Source: Chiloscyllium plagiosum (Eukaryota). From it: a stretch of DNA of 37,774 nt. Below the pieces are notes generated by a model, which had not been told where the DNA came from, made no database searches, and saw nothing but the letters and a program-made list of their open reading frames with translations. Made by a program: the position numbers and the translations under genes. This document shows positions 33,728 through 37,774 of the stretch, piece by piece. Position 1 is the stretch's first letter; each line of letters begins with the position of its first letter. The stretch is taken from assembly GCF_004010195.1 (NCBI RefSeq), contig NC_057718.1:17831501-17869274 (forward strand), written 5' to 3'.

Positions 33728-33885
33728 AGACCGTATCCTATTGGAGACAACACTTCCAAATGAACAGCACTCTCTCATAATTACACTGGCATTTCAGCCA
33801 GATGATGTATGGTCAAGTCTCTGGGGTAGGTCTATGAACTATGAAGTCCTTGGACATGGTAATTGAGGGTGCTACCTACTCAGCT
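33728..33885 (-). mobile_element. Deu-domain SINE relic, 5' part
   Basis: CAGCACTCTCTCA...ACACTGG...TCAGCC...TCAAGTCTCTGG...GTGCTACCTACT; homologous to 7880-8000. Confidence 0.55.
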
Positions 33886-33949
33886 TCAGCTTAGAAAGTC
33901 TCTCCCAATTGTATTACAACTATCATGATCACTATCCAGCCATTTGTGC

Positions 33950-35090
33950 TGGCAATGTATAACTGTGATGAAGTGCTCAGTGAGGAGAGGTCAGCCTTTC
34001 GTTAGCCCGTGCAACTCTTGATACAATCTCTGCTGTACTGGCAACACACATAAAATTGATTCCAGAAAATTGCAACAGCAGCTAATCAAAGCTAGTGTGC
34101 AGGGAAAAGAAATAAATGTTAATGATGTGATAAGACATGCTGCCTGTAGTAATGAGTAATTTAAGATGACAGATAAACAAGATTGTGCTATATGACAGCA
34201 AAATATCGAGGGGCTATGATGATTTCTTAGATGACAACAGTGAAGCTTAAGTAATTTATCAATGTCGCCTCATACCCAAGACATATTAGCGTATTGGTAC
34301 ATGTTCCATGATGTTATATATTCATATTTATATACATAATATTTCATGAATATGAACCCAAAACATTTTACTGTTTCATGCCAATTAAATTCATTAGGAA
34401 GTTCTCTGATAGCAGACATCGATGATTGTAAGCTGATGATCCAGGAGCTTCCAATGGTTTCCTTTTCACTGAGTGATAAATGTCAGTCTAAGGTGTCAAC
34501 ATTGTTTTTCGCTTGAACAAACACGACTTGTATTTTCACACAAAGTTAAAATTTCTACCAAAACATTATCCTTACAAATAAAAAGGCAATTTAAAGTTCA
34601 GATTAAACTTTGGGTTTTATTTCAGTGAAACATATTCTTTATCTTGTAATATGTTTGCTACCCAATGTCTGGGAACTAATACATACTCTTCTCAATTTGT
34701 TAAATTTAATTAATGTTTCTCCATTTGTAAAATATTCCTTTAATCCCCATTTCTCAGAATGATTTAATATCCCTGCCTGATTTCTCACAAGCATTTTGTG
34801 GCTTCGTTTTGTAAATGTATTTGCTGTCACGGTCTATGATCAATAAATTATATTTTCTGCCTCCCGGTGTGATTACAGAAACCTGTCAGCTCTAAGCATT
34901 CAAAGTTTCATTTTTATGGTAATTTTGAATTCATTAATTAAATAGTTTTACTGCATAATCAATGTTTTTTCAAACGCTAATGTTAATACTTTCATAATAC
35001 ATGTTCAATTGAAATTGTTTCTCATGGTATATATTAAATGCATTAGATGACAATTTGCTAATGAGAAAGGGAATAATTTTTCATGTTTTT
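33950..35090. promoter_or_regulatory. Candidate conserved non-coding element/enhancer
   Basis: Repeat-free, AT-rich; TGACAG/CTGTCA x4, TGATAAAT x2, TTTATGG, CAATAAA, many TAAT cores; conservation not tested. Confidence 0.4.
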
Positions 35091-35816
35091 GTCTGTGTAT
35101 AAATATATTTGATTCTATGCATATATACAGTTTTGGTCTACATATGAACTTTGTCTATACATACCTGCTTTGTGCTATTTACAAAGATGCATATCTGTCA
35201 TATGTAACTGTATATATGTTTTGTGTACAGATATAGCTGCAGCATGGTGTGTAGTACACCTCTTATTGAGTCACATGGGAGATGATGGCTTCAAGACTGT
35301 CCTGAAGACTTGAGTACCCCATCTAGGATTCCAACATCAAAGATGGTCTGTACTATTTCGGGATACTCAGCAGATTAATCAGTCAGAAGGTGACCCCATC
35401 TTCTCAACTCCATTCTGATTAAGTCCAAAATGAGATATCTTGCATTCAGGCCTCCTAGCCTCACCGCCAGTTGAGACTCTGAATTAAGTAGGTCACTAGC
35501 ATGCTAAAGACCTCAAGCTCCATCCAATGGTGTTAACTCCGTAAAGTGAGGGCATTTACAATGCAGGAGCTCACAGAGGCTGACTCTGATTCAAAGGTTC
35601 TCAATGTCTAATCGAGAGGTATGACATTGGGGAAGTATTGCTCTGTTCTCTTTGCTTCAGACCTCACCTTCATACCCCGATCCCATTCCCACCATTATTC
35701 ACCTCTGGCCTGGGATCCAGTGACAGCCCTGAGCCCAGGTTAGGGGGTCATGCCAGCAGTGGGCACCATTTCCTTGGTAGCACTGTTGTTCAGCCTCTGA
35801 TTGGCCAGCTGCTGTT

Positions 35817-36930
35817 AGAACATAGAGTATGGAACTGTACAACACAGGAACAGTGTTGTGCTGAACATGACGCCAAATTAAACTGTTCCCTTCTGACTGC
35901 CCATAGTCTATATCTCTCCAATTCTTGCATATTCATGTGCTTATCTAAAAGTCCCTTAAATGCTCCTATTGTACCTGCCTCCACCATCACATCGTGCAGC
36001 GCATTCCAGACTCCTACCCCTCTCTATATAAAACACTTGCTCCTCACATCTCCTTTGAACTTCCCCCCTCTTACCTTAAACGCATGTCCTCTCATTTCAG
36101 ACATTTTAACTTGGAGGAAAAGATTCTGACTGTTAACCCTATCTAGGTATCTCATAATTTTATAGACTTCTATCAAGTCTCCCCTCAGCCTCCACCGCTC
36201 CAGAAAAAACAATCCATGTTTTTTCTAGCCTCTCCTTGTAGCTCAGACCATCTAATCCAGGCAGCATCCTGGTAAACCTCTTCTGCGTCCTTTCTAAAGC
36301 CTCCACATCCTTCCTGTAATGTGGTGACCAGAATTGAATGCAACTCTGAAAGTATGGCCTAACCAAAGTCTTACACACACAGCTGCAACATGACATCCTG
36401 ACTCTTGTACTCAATTCCCAAAACAATAAAGACAAGCATGTCATACACCTTCTTTACCACCTGTCTATTTACATGGCCATTTTGAGAGAGATATTGAATT
36501 GAACCCAAAGATCAATGCTGTTCAGGGTCTTGCCACTAACTGTATACTTTTCCTGAACAGTTGATTTCCCAAAGTGCAGCACCTCACACTTACCTGGATT
36601 AAACTCCATCCGCCATTTCTCTGCACATATCTGCAACTGATCTCTATCCCACTGTATCCTTTGACAACCTTCTACACTATCCACAACTCCACTGATCTTT
36701 ATACCATCTGCAAACTTACCCACCTACCCACTACATGTTCATCCAAGTCATTTATAAATGTCACAAACAGCAGATGTCCTAATACAGATCCCTGCAGAAC
36801 ACCACTAGTCACAAACCTCCAGCCTGAAAAGCACCTCCTCCACCACTTCCTTCTGCCTTTTGTAAGCAAGCTGATTCTGAATCCACATGGCTAAATCACT
36901 ATGGATCCCATGGACCTTAATCTTCTGAAT
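35817..36930 (-). mobile_element. CR1-clade LINE 3' portion
   Basis: KFADGIKISGVVD, KTLVRPYFQSCIQFWSP, RLRGDLIEVYKIM in frameshifted ORFs. Confidence 0.9.
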
Positions 36931-37641
36931 TCAGCTCTTGACAAATGAGACTTCTACCTCAGCGTTCTTGGTACTGAAAGAAGGCCCACTCCAGGTCTTT
37001 CAAGTGCCTGAATAGAAGTAGCTACTGTGGGCCTTCCCACAATTTGTTTTTGTTAATGTGAAGAATTGTTAGTGACCATGTGTTAGTCTTTTTCACCTGA
37101 GAACAGCAACTGTGGTGTAAGTAAAGTGGAACCGTTTGATAGACTGTGAACCATCCTGTGGGTGAGATATGTATTTTTAGGTTTGTCCTCTTACAAGTTA
37201 ATTAAATCACATCTGGGAAAGCTGTGTGAGCTTTGTTTCTGGGCTTATCCGGTCCCAATTATGGTACACACTATGCAAATTAAATGCTATTTGAATATTT
37301 CTAGAAAAAGAAATTTGAGTGTGAAGTAATGGCAGCAAGATATTTCATGTCCTAACACTTTGCTACATTCAGTAAGTTAAATCCTGAAGTGTTTATATCT
37401 AACCCTCACAAAAATTATATAGAAAGAATGCAATTGAAACCTATGAGGCCCTAGAAGCATCTCAAACTGATGATTTTGGTTTTCAGAGCTCAGAGGATTT
37501 ACAGCAGATTGTAAGTTAAAGGAGTAATATCTTTCAATTGTACATTGTAACCCGTAAAAAAATCGCAAGGATATTTATAATGATTCTACTTTGATTGTCT
37601 TATAGATTCAAAGGAGAGTATTTCACCTATCTTCTTGGTAT

Positions 37642-37771
37642 GGGAGAAAGTGAGGACTGCAGATGCTGGAGATCAGAGCTGAAAATGTGTTGCTGGAAAA
37701 GCGCAGCAGGTCAGGCAGCATCCAAGGAGCAGGAGAATCGACATTTCAGGCATAAGCAACACATTTTCAGC
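37642..37771 (-). mobile_element. PLE terminal element with a collapsed inverted arm
   Basis: Minus arm to hammerhead stem II, then AGCAACACATTTTCAGC (37755-37771), the reverse complement of 37678-37694. Confidence 0.8.
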
Positions 37772-37774
37772 AGC

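Noticed and set aside
1..37774. Recurrent palindromic repeats as CRISPR, terminators or REP-like elements
   Set aside because: Dispersed, variable-length eukaryotic PLE termini with TSDs; no regular repeat-spacer array or cas-like ORF.

Overview
Eukaryotic, repeat-dense DNA, most likely intronic or intergenic sequence from a shark or other elasmobranch. The assignment rests on HE1-type V-SINEs with their CR1/HER1-type partner LINEs and Deu-domain SINE relics; family names are recognised from memory, not by database search. No host protein-coding exon, rRNA, true tRNA or CRISPR array can be supported, and the recognisable ORFs in the track are decayed retroelement fragments. Contents: about 10 CR1-clade LINE fragments (one nearly full-length, broken by two assembly gaps), an RTE-clade relic, L2 relics, five HE1 SINEs, older SINEs, a Tigger/MER44-like MITE, three remnants of a short solo LTR, and about 15 Penelope-like (Neptune-type GIY-YIG) fragments. 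Two systems stand out. (1) The Penelope termini carry minimal type-I hammerhead ribozymes with visible stem covariation, including a U3-A8 core variant. They often occur as short fold-back palindromes, most flanked by TSDs, whose axis lies at the ribozyme. (2) A Tx1-like LINE 3' end and a second non-LTR 3' end are stacked at the same position of the same solo-LTR family at two loci, suggesting LTR-targeting, sequence-specific retrotransposition. A repeat-free stretch at about 34.0-35.1 kb has Pbx-Hox/Meis motif clustering typical of vertebrate conserved enhancers.
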